Assembly (NCBI GenBank): GCA_017654855.1
Contig: CM030332.1
Coordinates: forward strand, 7,068,001-7,132,000
DNA length: 64,000 nt
Direction: 5' to 3'
From: Podospora anserina
Lineage: Eukaryota
Shown: positions 48,301 through 62,166 of the stretch, piece by piece
How positions within the stretch are numbered: position 1 is the first letter of the stretch
Layout of the letters: each line of letters starts with the position of its first letter
Program-made: the position numbers and the translations under genes
The notes under the pieces: model-generated
Seen by the model: only the letters and a program-made list of their open reading frames with translations
The model's database searches: none
Told to the model about the DNA's origin: nothing

Positions 48301-49606
48301 CTGGGCCAGGCTGAATCGCGAGCCGCCCAGGACGCCATGGCTACCACCCTTGAGCCCGGTGGAAACCCTGCATGCTGCTGTTCATGGGCGGCACATTTTG
48401 CCCTAGGCGCCTCACAGTTCTCAAGTGGTGTTGAACTCCGGACGCCTCTCTGACTCGACACACACGACAGAGGCGCTAATATGTATGTACCCGCATCACT
48501 CGATACTTCCTGCCAGGAGGCGAAGGCTTCAGTTGGGTACAGTAAGCTCCCACCGCGACGGGGAATTGCAACAAGGCAACTCGAGAACCAATCCGTCTTT
48601 GGCAAGCATTCGGCTGTTCAGCCGCACTGCACAGTCAAAACCAGGCCCAAAACACCCCCTGCTTATTGCTTGATGATACATATGGCAAGGCTCTTGCGTA
48701 ATGAAGTGAACGGCGAGGAAAAAGAAAAACGAACGAAAGAAAATATGGAAACGGTAAGCTCACCCCCAAAATTACGCCGACCCCTCGCCCGGCCGGGTCA
48801 GGGATTCGATTGCAGAGCGATTGTGAGAGTGTGTCGTTCTTGCATAGGAGGAGGACCACAACGGAAGGTGTGTGCATGGTGCAATCCAGCTCTGCCCATC
48901 CACAACAGGCCCCCCCCCATCCGGCTTCTCCTGTGGTTCTCGGCGCAAGAGATATTCGGGAGGAGACAGTTGGGGGAAGTGTGGGCATCCATGTCTGTGA
49001 TGAGTGTGTGCTGGACCGGTGAAGGAGGGTCAGACCGGCGAGTACCTAATCCTCTTGTCCTACACCTTGGGTTCCGACTCTTGAGCTTTCGTAAGACAGG
49101 GTCAATCAAATAGACACACTACTAACTTGGAAAAGATAGGGGCGACTTTTGTGTTCCCTCATGACCCGTGATCGAGATCAGGAAGAGAGTGTTGGTTAGC
49201 TTAGCCAACACACCGATCAGACCAATCGAACCCATCCCGTCTCCTCTTGCCAAGCTTCCGAGATACATACATACATGCAGACAGCAAGGCACTTGCCGCG
49301 TTTGGACATTTCGTGCGTTGCTTTCATACACACACTTGAAGCGTGGAGGGGAGTGTTTGGTTGGAAGTGCATGGTCTTTACCAGTATGTATCCGAAATGT
49401 GACAGCAAGCAAACAGCGAACCGAAGAACGCCCCGGGCTGCTTTGTTCCGGACCGAGCAAGTCGTTATCTTGATCGGATCTGGGGGTGTCTTCCACATAC
49501 TCGACTGGGAGGGATGGGTAGAATTGGATGGTTATACAACATCCATGGTGGGTTTCGAAGTTGAAGTTGGTTGAGGGGATCTTATTTGGTAATGAGATTT
49601 GCCATT

Positions 49607-49607
<1 letters not shown>

Positions 49608-49675
<68 letters not shown>

Positions 49676-49679
49676 GTGT
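49608..49679. repeat. (GT)n microsatellite, about 35 units
   Basis: Seen directly. Confidence 0.95.
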
Positions 49680-49911
49680 ATGCTGGAGAGCGGCTTGCCT
49701 CGTGGGGGAGGGTTTTGTTCTTCTCAGTGCCTACCTTGCTGAAAGGTTTGTCTGGATGGCAAGTGATGATAGTCACCCAAAGCACACAAATACGTATTCA
49801 CATGGTCAGAAAATACTTCGCAAGATGATTCAATTATCAACAGGAGGAGGGTGGACACTCGTCCAATTTCCATCCCCGCTCAAGAATTAATTATTTTTTT
49901 TGGATTAATAA

Positions 49912-49938
49912 CTCTCTCTCTCTCTCTCTCTCTCTCTC
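49912..49938. repeat. (CT)n microsatellite
   Basis: Seen directly. Confidence 0.9.
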
Positions 49939-51244
49939 CCCTTCGCTCACCCTTTCCACATTGGAAAAAGAGGAGGGGTTATAAGCCCTAGAAAGCCCTT
50001 CGAAAAAGAAGAGAAAAAAAACCAAAAAGAAAACAGGTATATACAATCTAACCCCTCTCTTGACCAAGCTTTTCTTTGTTCTTTTTTTCCAGTGGACAGA
50101 GCCACTGTCAAGCTCATCTTGCTTGCCTGGGATTTTCCCATGGAGGGTTTTTTTTTCTCTCTGTTTCTGTTTCTTTCTTGATTCACATTATACCCTCTCT
50201 TGAAAACAAAAACAATACCGTCCAAACAGTACCAAGTCAATTCCCTCATCTGGCCGGCCTGCCCATCGCAATGACATGGTCGAATGTCGTGACGATTTTC
50301 GTAAAAATATTCCGAATACGATCGCTGCTTGTTGGGTCAAAAACGCTATCAGTCGACCCATCCACCACTCCCATTTTTTTTACTAAAAAAGAATAAAAAA
50401 AAAAGGCCATTCCCAAAAACAAATACATCTCAAGATATATAAAACAGCCAAGCAAAGAAAGAACCTCTAGCACCCAACCCTTTCCCCTTGTTTCCCAGGG
50501 GAACCAGAGATAACACCAAAAACCAATCCTGCCGAACCCCTGCCCAAACAAGAGCTTGTGTCTTCCTAACTTTTGCCCTCGTCGTTGGGTGTGTGCGCCC
50601 TTTGCCCTGGCCCAAATGTGCCAACTCCAATAGCTTTCCCCGGAGACGAGGAGCTGTGTGCAAAAAAGAGATGAAAAAAAGTGTACCCGTCTTGTGTCCA
50701 ACAATACAAAAGTGAAGCAAAAAAAACAGACAAACGGAAAGACGGGTATGGGTATCAAGCTTGAAAACAGAGCCAAACGTTGTCCAGTTTGCCCCCCCCT
50801 CCAAAAAATAGCCAGCCCCCTTTGGTCATGTGATGATCTTGACAGTAGGAAACCCAAGAACTCCCAATTCAGCTGGCCCCAGTACCCAAACTCCAGCACC
50901 CAAGCTCCAGCCTCCGCGCTTGCAAGGGATGGTGTTGTGTGCAAAGTCAAAAATATAAACAAAGACGAAGCGAAGCGGCCATGTTCCCCCAAAACAGGAC
51001 CAGACCTTGTTCCTTATGTTCATGGTCTTCAAACCCCCTTTCCCCTTCCCCCCCCTTTTTTTTTCTCGTTTTTTCCTTTCCTCTTCTTTCCCTTCCCTCG
51101 CTTTCCTTGTTGAATCCTGTCATTGACTTCCCCGCAGCATCATCAAGGTATACCCGCACAGTCGTTGGTCTTGATCGACATCTGCCATCGTCTTCGACAC
51201 CGTCCGGACGCGTCAGGATTGATGTCCCTGTCAAGAACACATTC

Positions 51245-52919
51245 CTATTGCCTCTTCCTCAAAGCCGTCGAGCTAGAGGAATCCCCGTCAGTCGTAGGTG
51301 GGCTCTCGCCTTGAGCGTTTGCATTTCTGGGAGCCGCGGCATTGTCCCTGTCCTTGTCCTTGTCCCTGTCCCTGCCCTTACCCTTGCCTTTGTCCTTGGA
51401 CAGGCATCCCTTGACCAACATATGCCGCTGGAAACAAAGTCAGCACATGTAGCTGATAGACAACCAAAAAAAAAAAAACTTGTCGAACACATACCTTGAG
51501 TGCATCCTTCCTCGAGAAGGTCCTTTCGCAGTTATCACATGGAAAAGGCTTGACGGCCAAGTGTATCCTTGAATGCCTCTTGAGGTCATGGTTTCTGTTG
51601 AAGCTATGGTTACACTGATCACACTTGAAAGGACGTTCTTGCAGCGGCGGTTGCGGGTGGTGGTATCCCGCGTAGTTGTGAATCGGATACGGATGAGAAA
51701 CATGACCATACACCACCATGGGCTGGTTTGGCTGATGCAAGTTGGTCATCATCGAGCCCTGCATGCTTGGATACGGAGGATACGTGGCTGGGGGCTGGTG
51801 ATGAGGCCGATGGGATCCGGCATATATCGGAGAATGCATCCCTGGCATCAGAGGACCTAGGGGGTTTCTCCCAGGGAGAGGCCCACCCGTGGCGTTCGGG
51901 GATGGTCCGGGCTGGGAGGCATAAGGGAACGTCCCTTGCTGCGGCGACGACACTGTTGGGTAGTAAGGCGCCGAAGGTGAACGGTACTCTGACCCGACCG
52001 GCGGTGAACCTCGATTCGTCGACGACTGAGGTGCTGCCTGGCCCTGACCTGCGAGATCGGGCAAAGCAAGAACCGACGGTGATGGTGATTCCTGGGAGTG
52101 GGAAGGCATGCTTGAACCGTAAAGAGCCAAAGAGCCAGCACTCCCATTCACACCAGCGTTGTTTCCGCCAGCACCGTTGGTTCCTAGCCCCCCGCCTCCA
52201 TTCACACCACTGCCGCCACCACCACCGCCGCCTGCTGAACTGGAGAACGGCGGATGACCTTGGTATGCTGAGACGCTCGGCAAGGCCCCGCCGTTAGCTG
52301 GGGATGATGAGGTTCGCCCGTGATACTGTGAGAGTGGGGAGGCAAAATTGAAGGGAATAGGTCGTTGGAAGGCCCCGGAGGTGGAATTGTTGCCCGAATA
52401 ACCGTAGCTGCCCGGGGGCACCGGCGTAGCCCAGCTTCCGTGGCCATAAAAAGACGAACCGCCGGCCGGTGATTGCTGCGAACTGCTGCCGTTGATTCCT
52501 GCTGATGGGCTAGTCCCGTCTGCCGCCCCTGATGTGGGAGTCAGAATACTTGTTCTACTGGCAATTGTGATGTTGGTATGGCTAGAAGGATAAGGGGAAG
52601 AGGAGGGAGGAGAAGAGGCCGAGGGCGCCGCCGAGAACGCCGCCGAGAACGCCTCCCGAGGGGCCGGCTCAGAAAACGGCAGCGCCCTTTGGCCATCATC
52701 ACTGTGGTCACTTGGATGGGTCATGGCTGTAGAAGCCTGTCTAGGGTCTCGCGTACTTGATAGGTCTGAGTGAGAATACATCCCACTGACTGACGGTAGA
52801 TTTGGCGCTCCCTCTCTCCTTGCTGCATTGTTCGGAGGAGGGGACAGGGAATCCTCTTCGTCGCCAGACTCAGGATGCGACATCCTTGGTGGTGGTGGTG
52901 GTGGTGGTGGTGGAGGCAT
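51245..52919 (-). CDS. nsdC: C2H2 zinc-finger developmental transcription factor, NsdC-like; exons 52919-51495, 51427-51245 (start uncertain)
   Basis: Two fingers RPFKCDQCNHSFNRNHDLKRHSRIHLAVKPFPCDNCERTFSRKDALK|RHMLVKGC match the NsdC family as I recall it. Intron 51494-51428 is GTATGT..CTGAC..CAG. First in-frame ATG at 52919 (MPPPPPP..); the frame is open to a TAG at 53004-53006, so an upstream exon is possible. Confidence 0.8.
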
Positions 52920-54043
52920 GCTTAACTGATCAAGCTGCTTTGCTGCCCTTGGTTTGGCGGAAACCGTCGCCACAGACAAGGGAGAGGGGGTAGCCACTGG
53001 AGGCTACAAGATGCGGTGGAAGATCGATTGCTTGATGGCGGTGGGATGGAGAGGCGTGGCTCACGTATCAGTTTTATACCCGTTCAACGTGACAGCAAGT
53101 GCTCGCAAGGTTTCCAGAAAATGGTGGCCCTAGCACATGGCGCAGATCAGGTTTTGATGGGGGCGCAACTAAGTTCTTCAACACCACAAAGTCTGATAAG
53201 ACGAGTATGCGTGTGACCTGGGGATGAAAGGCTCTTGTACTTAAGCTTTTGATGTGTGGAGGTCGTTGACAAGGCGTGGTGGAGTGCCGATGCTGAAGGG
53301 GCGTTCCGTACGAAATACACGGTATGAACACTGCCAATAATTGGTGGTTTTCGGGTTCGGGACCCTGTCGGTAATCTGGCCAGGTCCAGCTCCAGGTCCA
53401 GGATCTGGGAGATGGGTAGAATAACGACCTCAAGCCAACCGCGCTGGGCTGTTACTGCTGCCTCGTGTTGCTGCTACTCTTGCGCGGTTCCCCTCGTGTG
53501 GTTGTCCTTCCTCAGGGACCCGTTGCCTGACGCAGTGGGGACGAGGTATACCGACAGGCTGGAGACTTGGGACGGGAGAGGAAGCGGGCTGGCGGGGTGG
53601 GTGCCGGTGTTAGGGACGGATGTGTGGGTGCCCTTTCCCTCGTGCTTTGTACTTTCAAAGATGGGGGTGGAAAAGCGCGTCTTTGATTTGGGATCGAACC
53701 AGGCCGGCCTGTCTAGCGCGGGAGGGCTGAAAGGACACGAACCGGGGATGTGCTGGTGAGATGAGTGTGCCACACCCTTCTCCTGGGACTCGCACAGACT
53801 TGAAATTGGCGTGCTCTTGAAAATGCGTATTGTGGACTCTGCGATGCAATGACAGCAGCAGGCTCCCGGAGAAATGGGCACAGCACAGCGCGTGTGTACG
53901 GTCTCGGATGTCTCAGGGCCAGGCTGTGGCGCTTGTTGGCTGAGTGGGCTAGCAGGTGGAAGGTGTGAGGAGAGGTACAATGTAGCAGAGCCTTCTGGGT
54001 TGTCGTAAGTATAACTGGTAGTCCTGTTGCTGTGGTGGTGTTA

Positions 54044-54080
54044 GTGGTGGTGGTGGTGGTGGTGGTGGTGGTGGTGGTGG
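54044..54080. repeat. (GGT)n microsatellite upstream of the nsdC-like gene
   Basis: About 12 GGT units seen directly. Confidence 0.9.
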
Positions 54081-55089
54081 TTGTTGTCGTCGGTAGACAG
54101 ACATGGGCTTGGGATGGGACAAGGCTTGAGGTCGGTGCTCAGGCTTGCCTCCGTTGCGGCTTCCACGTTGAGCTGATATCAAAGCCGGTGATGGATGTGT
54201 AGTAAGCAGGAAATAACTCCCCCAAACAGGTCCCCTTCGTGACTCCTCAAGACGTGAGTATCAGCTCTGAACAGTATTTCCCCTCAGGCACTGGGGAAAA
54301 GACAGCGGTGTATGGAAGGCCGGTACATTCAAGACTTCTTAACGAAAGACATACCCCCCCCCCTCTCCCTGCCGCATGCACAGCTGGGAGAGCTCTGCGG
54401 TACTGGACTGCACAGGGCACGGCTTGCTGGGAAAATGTCTGCGAGCCTGGTGCCGAGACCCTGGCTCGACTCTTGTTGATGTCGACACACATGGATGTGT
54501 ACTGTAAGTATCGTACGGCCACCCCCAATTACGGGAGCCGTAATACGGCCACCCACGCTGGGCGTGTGTCTACTGTACCCAGGCTGAACGACACCCCAGT
54601 GGACAAGCGCAGCAGGAGGAGCCAAAAGCGGTATAGCTTGCCTGTCCGAACCGACCTGAAGATCGGGGCTCCATCAACATCCAAAACCTTTTGACGCTGC
54701 TTCTTACCAACTCGCGCAAGTGCACGTTGAGGGGCTGGGGGAAAACACGAGGGGTGTGTGAGGGAGAAGCAGAGGTTGAGGGCAAGTATGGCAGCTTGTT
54801 TCTTCCACGCCTGGCCGAGAGAGAATAGCCACCAGGACTCGACTTGGTAATGCTGGGTTCAATATGTGTGTTCTTTCTCGTTGTCGAACACTCAGGATGT
54901 GCGGTTCTTGGCAAGCTAGAACCCTGGTGCGCGGGAGGCGAGCACCAAGAGACGGTCGTTGACAGGGAGGTCAGATCCCTCACTTTTTGGCTGTGCCTCT
55001 CCCACGCTCACCTTTCGTCCCTCCCCACCCGTGCACCATGCTTCCGGCATGCATGCCGCATGCCCCCCTACGCTACAGCTTACCTGGGG

Positions 55090-55096
55090 GAGAGAA

Positions 55097-55151
<55 letters not shown>
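55090..55151. repeat. (GA)n purine microsatellite
   Basis: Seen directly, with two AAA interruptions. Confidence 0.93.
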
Positions 55152-55153
<2 letters not shown>

Positions 55154-56460
55154 AAGAGGGAACAGGGAGAGAAGTTTTCCATGTCTTGTACGTGCATGGA
55201 TGGGGGGGGTGCTCTGTCCGAATTGGTCCAACTGGCTATCTAGCTATCTGGCGAAGCCCTCACTCACCTCAACCAGCTGCCAGAATGGGCTCAAGCTCCC
55301 CCCTCTCCCGACCAGCTGATGTTGAGTTGCCGTTGCGCGGTTTTTGTCTCTGGTCCCTTGCGCTCCGAATTATGACATGCCTAGGAGGTGGACTTGGCCG
55401 CATGTCAAAGAGAGAGAGCATGATTGATGCGCACCAGGGATGACAGGTGGACTGGTGCATCGTGGTCCGCTCTTTGGGTCCCAATTCAGGTCTGCCACGA
55501 ACGACAGCAAAGGATAGCGGCATGTCCCCAAGAAAAACAAGCTGTTTCTACCAGAAGTGCCGCTAGCCCTACCAAACGTCAAGCGATAGCTTCTTTGCGG
55601 AGTTCGTCCCATCATATTCGGTCGACCTGACAAAGCCTGTTGGGAAAACTTGGCTGGTGAGTGGTGGTGGTGGTGAGCAAAATGGAGCAATGGGATGACA
55701 TCTTGGATTTTCCCCAAAGCAAAGTCCCCAAGCCAGCACCCCGGTCACCGGTGTCTCCCTATCCCATGCTTGGCGGCCCTCTTTGACGAGATGCTCGCGT
55801 CTCGATTCGGATTAGACCCCTTTCCAGCATCGTGGGCTTTCCCTGTGGGCCAAATTCCCTGCTGGGTGAGTGGCCAGTGTGGGCCGTGGGCTGGCCAGCC
55901 CGTCTAGACCTCTTGGCATTGAACCAGGCCTGTGTGTGTCTGAGAAAGACATTGGATTGCCCAGCGAACAGGTTTGGCGAACTGGCTTCTCTTCTCCCGA
56001 TGTCTTCCGCGGGTACAGAGACACCAATGTTTCGCCGTGATCAATGTCGGGGACCAGGTCCCCTATCCCAGCATTGGGGGACCGCTCATGTTAACGCAAA
56101 GCAGAGCGCTTTCTGGGCGGACCACTCTCCAACCACATGAAGGCGCTGCCGCAGGTGTCCTTCCCCAAGACCTGCATAGGCATCGCTTTTTTCAGCTGAG
56201 GAGCTGGCTGGCCTTTGGATACCACTTACCAGACATCCCCCCTCATGCATCCGCCCTGGCGTTTCCCCATCGAAACCCAGTCGCCGGGTGTATTGGGAAC
56301 CACTAGTTCCTCTGCAGCCTGCACGGGATCATCATATTCAGTTGTACTATGATATGGCATTGTCGCACGGAAAGCAACCTCACAGAAAAAAGGCTCCGTA
56401 GCATGGTGAACAGACCACCCAGCGCGCTTTTTTTAAATTTCATTTTTATTTTTATTTTTT

Positions 56461-56646
56461 ATATAATATACGTACATGTATATACATATATATATACATG
56501 TATATATACATACATATATGTATACATATACATACATACGTACATATACATACATATATACATACATATATACATACATATATACATACATATGTATATG
56601 TATGTATATATGCATGTATATGTATGTATATATGTATGTATATATA
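56461..56646. repeat. Compound (TA)/(TACA)/(TATG) alternating purine-pyrimidine tract flanked by T-runs
   Basis: About 185 bp of tatacatacata followed by tatgtatgtata units. Confidence 0.93.
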
Positions 56647-59600
56647 ATTTTTTTTATGTTTTTTTTTTATCTCTGAGCGAGTCCCTGTCAAGGACCTTGG
56701 GCGAGCCGAGATGGAACGAATCCGTCGGTTGACCGCTCCCGACCCGTACCGCGATTGGCGGGTATGGCTTTTGCGTGCCGTGAATGCGTCAGTACTAGCT
56801 AGGTACACTACTGCGTGAACGGGATGGGGAAAAGGACGCTGTCTTGTGCCTTTCCCCGCTCATCATTCCGGTCGGGTTTCCACAGATGACAGAATCTTTG
56901 TCTGCTGTGTGTGCCTTGCGACGAGAAATGTCAGCGTTCTTATATCACTTTGACTGTGCCTATGCCTGCGCCATGCTTCTTTTGCCATTCTTGGCTGTGG
57001 TTGTTCGCCATCAAATACTGCTGCGGTCTGAAGTCAGCATCTCTACACCGTCGTCTTCCCCCTGATCAAACATGGCGATGCGCCCGTTTCCTGGAGACCT
57101 GGTTTTTGGGTTTACCCCAACAGCCCCGGGGGTTTGGAGATGAAGAGAAACACGGAGACGAGCCTTTCCTCCATTCGGGAATTTTTGACGAGACTGTGAT
57201 TCCAGTGACCAACCGTTGTAGATTTCTTTGATGGGGGGTGGTTTATTAGACAAGACAACCACCGTAGTGAGGTTCCAGCAAAACCCTCTTTTTGCTGTTG
57301 CCATTAGGATTTTCTCGTGTGATCGGCCTCCTTTGCTTTCAGAAATGTAACACAGCATTCTCCTTGTGTCACCTGTGTCGAGGACACTGAAGATGTTGAA
57401 GATGGCATGCTTTGTCGAGATCTAATGAGGAACCAGGACAAGCCAGGTGCCCATTAAAAACCTCGTCCGCTACAGCTTTCCCACAGATGATCGGCTGCGG
57501 TACGTAACGGCACACCCTGGAGCGGGTCTAGTGCCCCCAGTGCAATATAGCACCGTCAAGCAGGGTTTTGGAGAATCAGAATCAGAACAGATATTGTATG
57601 AATTGCATGTGCTGCTCGTCTATCCTCTCGGGGATTGCTCAATGCGACCACACGGCGCACTTGCTTGCGGGGGCAGCCCAGGCGATGTTACAGCAGAAAC
57701 GAACCGACCACGGCGGGGGTACACCTTTGGTTTGTTTCGTTTCGTGTAGAATGGTGTCTTCCTTTTTCCTCACTTATCGAAAAGGCACGGAATGTTCGAC
57801 TGTTTGCCCGCGGCTGACAATCTATCCGCTGACGATCAGATGTGCCTGCCCCTGGCACAGCAGGCCCATGCTGCAAAATCGAGGAGACAATCACATAATG
57901 TGCAGTTGCTGAGACCGACCGACCTCGACGCATTTTGATAGCAAATGTGGCGTGCGACAAGCAATGGGAACGGTTGAGACCAGAGTGACGGGTAGCCCAT
58001 GTGCTTGTTTATATCTCGGGAGGTTGGGTCGAGCCGAATCAGGGTGCGACCTCGTATTCTTTGATCGGCCCCAGCTCATCAAGACAGATCTCGTTAGCAA
58101 AAGACAGCATTGCTTTTGTATGAAGTTCCTGTCGCATGTCGTCGAAGTCGAATGAGGCTCGAAAAAACAGTGGCGCTTGGGTTTCTCAAATGCGCACACA
58201 AAGGCGGGGGGGAAGGGCCGCTGCGGAAAGGCGTCTGGCTTTCTTGGACAAGGACCCAAGCCACACACACACACACACACACAGATGAAGAAGAGCCACG
58301 ATGGCCTTCGACGCCCCTCCCCGCAAGTGGACCTCGCACCGCAGCAAGGCGGTCCGTGCGCGACCCCATGCTCGCGCTGATCTATTATTTGGCGAACCCC
58401 CGCACACCACTACAGCGCAAAACCCGGGGAGGTGTGGAAAAAGCGGGAGATTTGATAGGCTGGGAAATACCGAAATTCACAACAGCCAAAAAGAGACGTG
58501 ATCCCCAATACTTTGATGCAAGCTGTCGGGAAATTTGAACAGCTGGGAGCTCACAGAGAGCTGGAACAAGGGCCGGGATAGGAGACAGCCCTCGATATTA
58601 CGGAGCCAGTTCATACAGCACTGTCCCTCGCCCGACTGGTGCCCGTATTCCCACTCTTGCGGGAGCGTTGGTTGGTATACAACAATTGGTCCAGTGCAGG
58701 CTGCCGGATTCCGCCCTAAAAAGGGGGAGCCGACAGCTGGTGTTGAGCCGCAACTCCGCCAGATCTCTCGAGCTTGGACGCCACAAGCGGGCAACGCCAA
58801 CCATCTCAACCGGGAGTTGATCGCCACAAGCTCTGAACTGCAGAACTAGCCTCCTGTCAAGAGATCAGATCGTGGCCGTTTTGACAGCAGCCTCTCGCGT
58901 CTTCCCGCGCCGGCAGATACAAGATGGAAGCCACAACGGCACACTGCTGCCGATGTCCAGAGGTGGAGAGGCTGAGCGGCCAGGCGGAACGGCTGGAGTG
59001 AGGCGGGCAGCTCGATACCACAGAGTCGGTAGCTATGTAGTAGGTATTACAGCAATGAAAGCGATTCCTGCCTTTTTGTTCACACCTTCCCAAACAGGAC
59101 GTCTTTCTCCACCCATCTCAACCGCCGCATCTTGGACTGTAACCCAGCACTCCTGGGGCGAATACGAACGAAACGAGATGCTAAAGAAGGCCGTCAGACC
59201 TGCCACCCAAGCATCCGCTACCGACGGTCCGGTCCTTGGTCTGCGCCCCTGGTGCCGATCTCACGATAAGCTTAATCCTCACCATCCCACTTGCCCAACC
59301 ACACCGAGCGACACCGAGATCACGCCGGACCAGACTACCCATACTAGGTGTTACCTTTCTCGCCTCCAGCAACTCGCCGCTGCTACATGGAATTCCCGCC
59401 GTCGAGGCCCACAAAGTTTGCCAATTTTGTTGTCTCCGTCACACGAGCCCCAACCTCGGCCCCCCCTAATTCTCAAGGAGGAAAATTAGATCGCTCAGCT
59501 GCTCGGGTTCCTGCGTCAATGAGACACACGCAGTACCACGGGAAATGGAAGAATGGGTTTAAATCTCCGGGCTGATTTGGAACGAGTTTACTGACGTCAG

Positions 59601-62166
59601 ACAACATATAACTTTTGAGATGTTCTTATGTTTGGCGAGCAAAGGTAAAAGCAAAAAGGTGTGGTGTCATTGTCTTGGATATGCAGCTTTCCAGAAAGAA
59701 CTGCGAGAAGCAGTAGAGTAATCCATTTTTGAGACCTTTCCTCCGATAGGGAGGGCGGTGTATACGAGCCTTTGACTTCGGGTATTTATGCTCAGGTCTC
59801 AGAAGAATATGTCTGTGTTTTCTCTTCGTCGAACCGGTGACGCAAGGGGGGCGGGTCTTGGGTTTGTTGTTCGTTCAGGGGCCAATGGAGCCGATGGTGG
59901 ATAGGGGGCCATCACGAAGCATCTATCACATAAGGTATTTTGCCTTACACGGTCAATACATGTTTTCGGGCGTCAAGACAGGACCATGTTTTGCGACTCC
60001 GTCAAGGTGCTATCGACTGGCTTTCCAGGTTGCCAAACTTTGTATGTGATTCTCCACTTATGGGAGAAGGCGGGAACAGCCACACCTGTCCAGAATAATC
60101 TTTTAATAAAAAGTCAAACGTAATCTGGTGCGTGATTACGCAGATGAGCCTTGCCAGCCCAGTCCAATAGCGGTTGGATCCACGAGAGGGTCAACTCAAC
60201 AGACTTGAAGCGAGGATGAATTGTGTCATGGTAGGCATCAAGGGCCAGATCGACCCGCTTGGGACTGTAAGTTGCGGAGAGAACGAGAGTTAGGGGAAAC
60301 CATGTCGGACATGCGAAGGCTCGGTTGGATACGGCGATGATAGTGGTGATGACGAGGACCATCGGATTGCAGACCCCACTTGGGAACGGGAGAGACAGTG
60401 TGCCTTTATCGCACGAGAAGGGCAGCACAGGCCCGGTCATGCACACACGAACGGGGAATTTGACCAGAGGTAAGCCTGAAGTCAAGTCTTGGAGGGCTGT
60501 GGGAACCAGACCTCCCAAGGGACGCTCTCATGCGGCAGAGTTCACAAGTGTCAAATTCTCAACTGAAGTCCTTGAGGCTGAGAAACTGCCTACCTTAGGT
60601 ACTCTTGCTACCGCAGCAACACCAGCTTGACGGCCAAGATGCTGGGGGTGTCAGGAACGCACCCCAGATAGCCTCACAGACATCACACAAGAATACAAAA
60701 AGTTAGACCTATCACTCATGTAATTTCATTCTAATCTCAGCCTCAGCACAATCACATACATCGACACCTCCTTCCGAGTATGTTTCTTGAACGGCGCAGT
60801 GAATTCGCTTCTTCATGAGCAGTCAGATCATCAGGTCCCTCCATCAACCTACTTCTCTCATCTCCCCCCACGCATCCTCATCCGCATCTCATACATCCCA
60901 AACAACAGCCCCAATACACAATCAATCAAACCCCGAAGACAAGACCGGACCAAATGTTGACCACCAAACCGACCTCAAGACACCTCAGACATCGTCACAA
61001 GAGAACCCCATTCTCAACTCGAGAGCCAATGGTAGAATGATTTATTGGCTTCCCAGGAACAGGATCGACCTCTACAAACCTCCGGTGGAAGGGCCCCTCC
61101 CACACAGACAAAACGCCCGCTCCCTCCGGACAAACACCCGGCCAGCAAACCAACAACAAGACATTGATGTTCCTCTGTGTTCCGGTATCAAAAGAGACTT
61201 TATCACACACAAACAGCCCTCATCTTATGTACACTTATCCCCCCATCATATCGACGTACCCCGGCCCAAAGACCACATATATATATATATATTTATATAC
61301 ATAAAACCTGGCTCAAAGCCCTCAGCATTAGATTTCCATCACCACCACCACCACCACCACCACATGCACGTATCACCACTTGCAACGACACCACAGCCAC
61401 CTAGCTATCTCAGGTCCCACACGAATCACAGTATAATCAGGATCTTCCAATTGCAGTACTATCGATTGAAGCCCTGGGTAGTTGACTGGGCAATCGACTA
61501 GGTAGTCAACTGGATGATAATCAGCAAGGTAAAACCACCAATTTCGGTACGCCAAAGGCTTCACTTTTGTCGGGCAGTAAGATAGACCACAGAGTGTTAA
61601 CCCTGGGTCACTCTCGGAGCAATCGTTAAGGCTATTTCTACACCTGATTCTATAGCGACAACCTTAATTTATAGGATAGAGTGTTGTAGATATGATGGGG
61701 GATGCGTGGTATAAAGATGACAGGGGGGGGGAGGGTGGTGGTGCACATAGAACAAGTCCCTTGAAAAGGGGGTAGTTACCTATATCGGCACAAACCAACT
61801 AAGACACACGCCAGCCTTGACCCTTTGATGGAGAGAAAGGACCGGAAAGGTATATATATCACCGAACCATGCGTGTGAGCGCATGGGTCAAAGCTGTGGA
61901 AGAGGAGGGACTGATGGGAAGCACTACTACTCCACCCATTCACCTTCGAGCACTCCACGACGGTGACGGTACGTGCCCACAGCCCTGGTCACCCCTCTCT
62001 CTTCTTCTCTCGATTCCGTCTGTTCCGCAGGGTTGTTGTGGAGATCTGAAGTCGAGAAAAGACTTCTCGCTGAGATAAATAAGCAGTCATATAGACGGGA
62101 CGGTGCGGGGCTTGTTGAGCACGTTGGGTAGAGGGGATGGAATACAGATAACAAATACTTTGGATA

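Noticed and set aside
53688-53760. GGTTCGATCCC T-loop-like word on the minus strand
   Set aside because: Only a 3-bp T-stem and no D or anticodon arms; not a tRNA
58715-58724. CArG box CCTAAAAAGG as an Mcm1 site
   Set aside because: Single 10-bp degenerate match lacking the flanking TT/AA of Mcm1 sites; expected by chance
58872-61501. 205-aa and 228-aa plus-strand ORFs
   Set aside because: They run through microsatellites or low-complexity sequence with no domain signal; likely spurious
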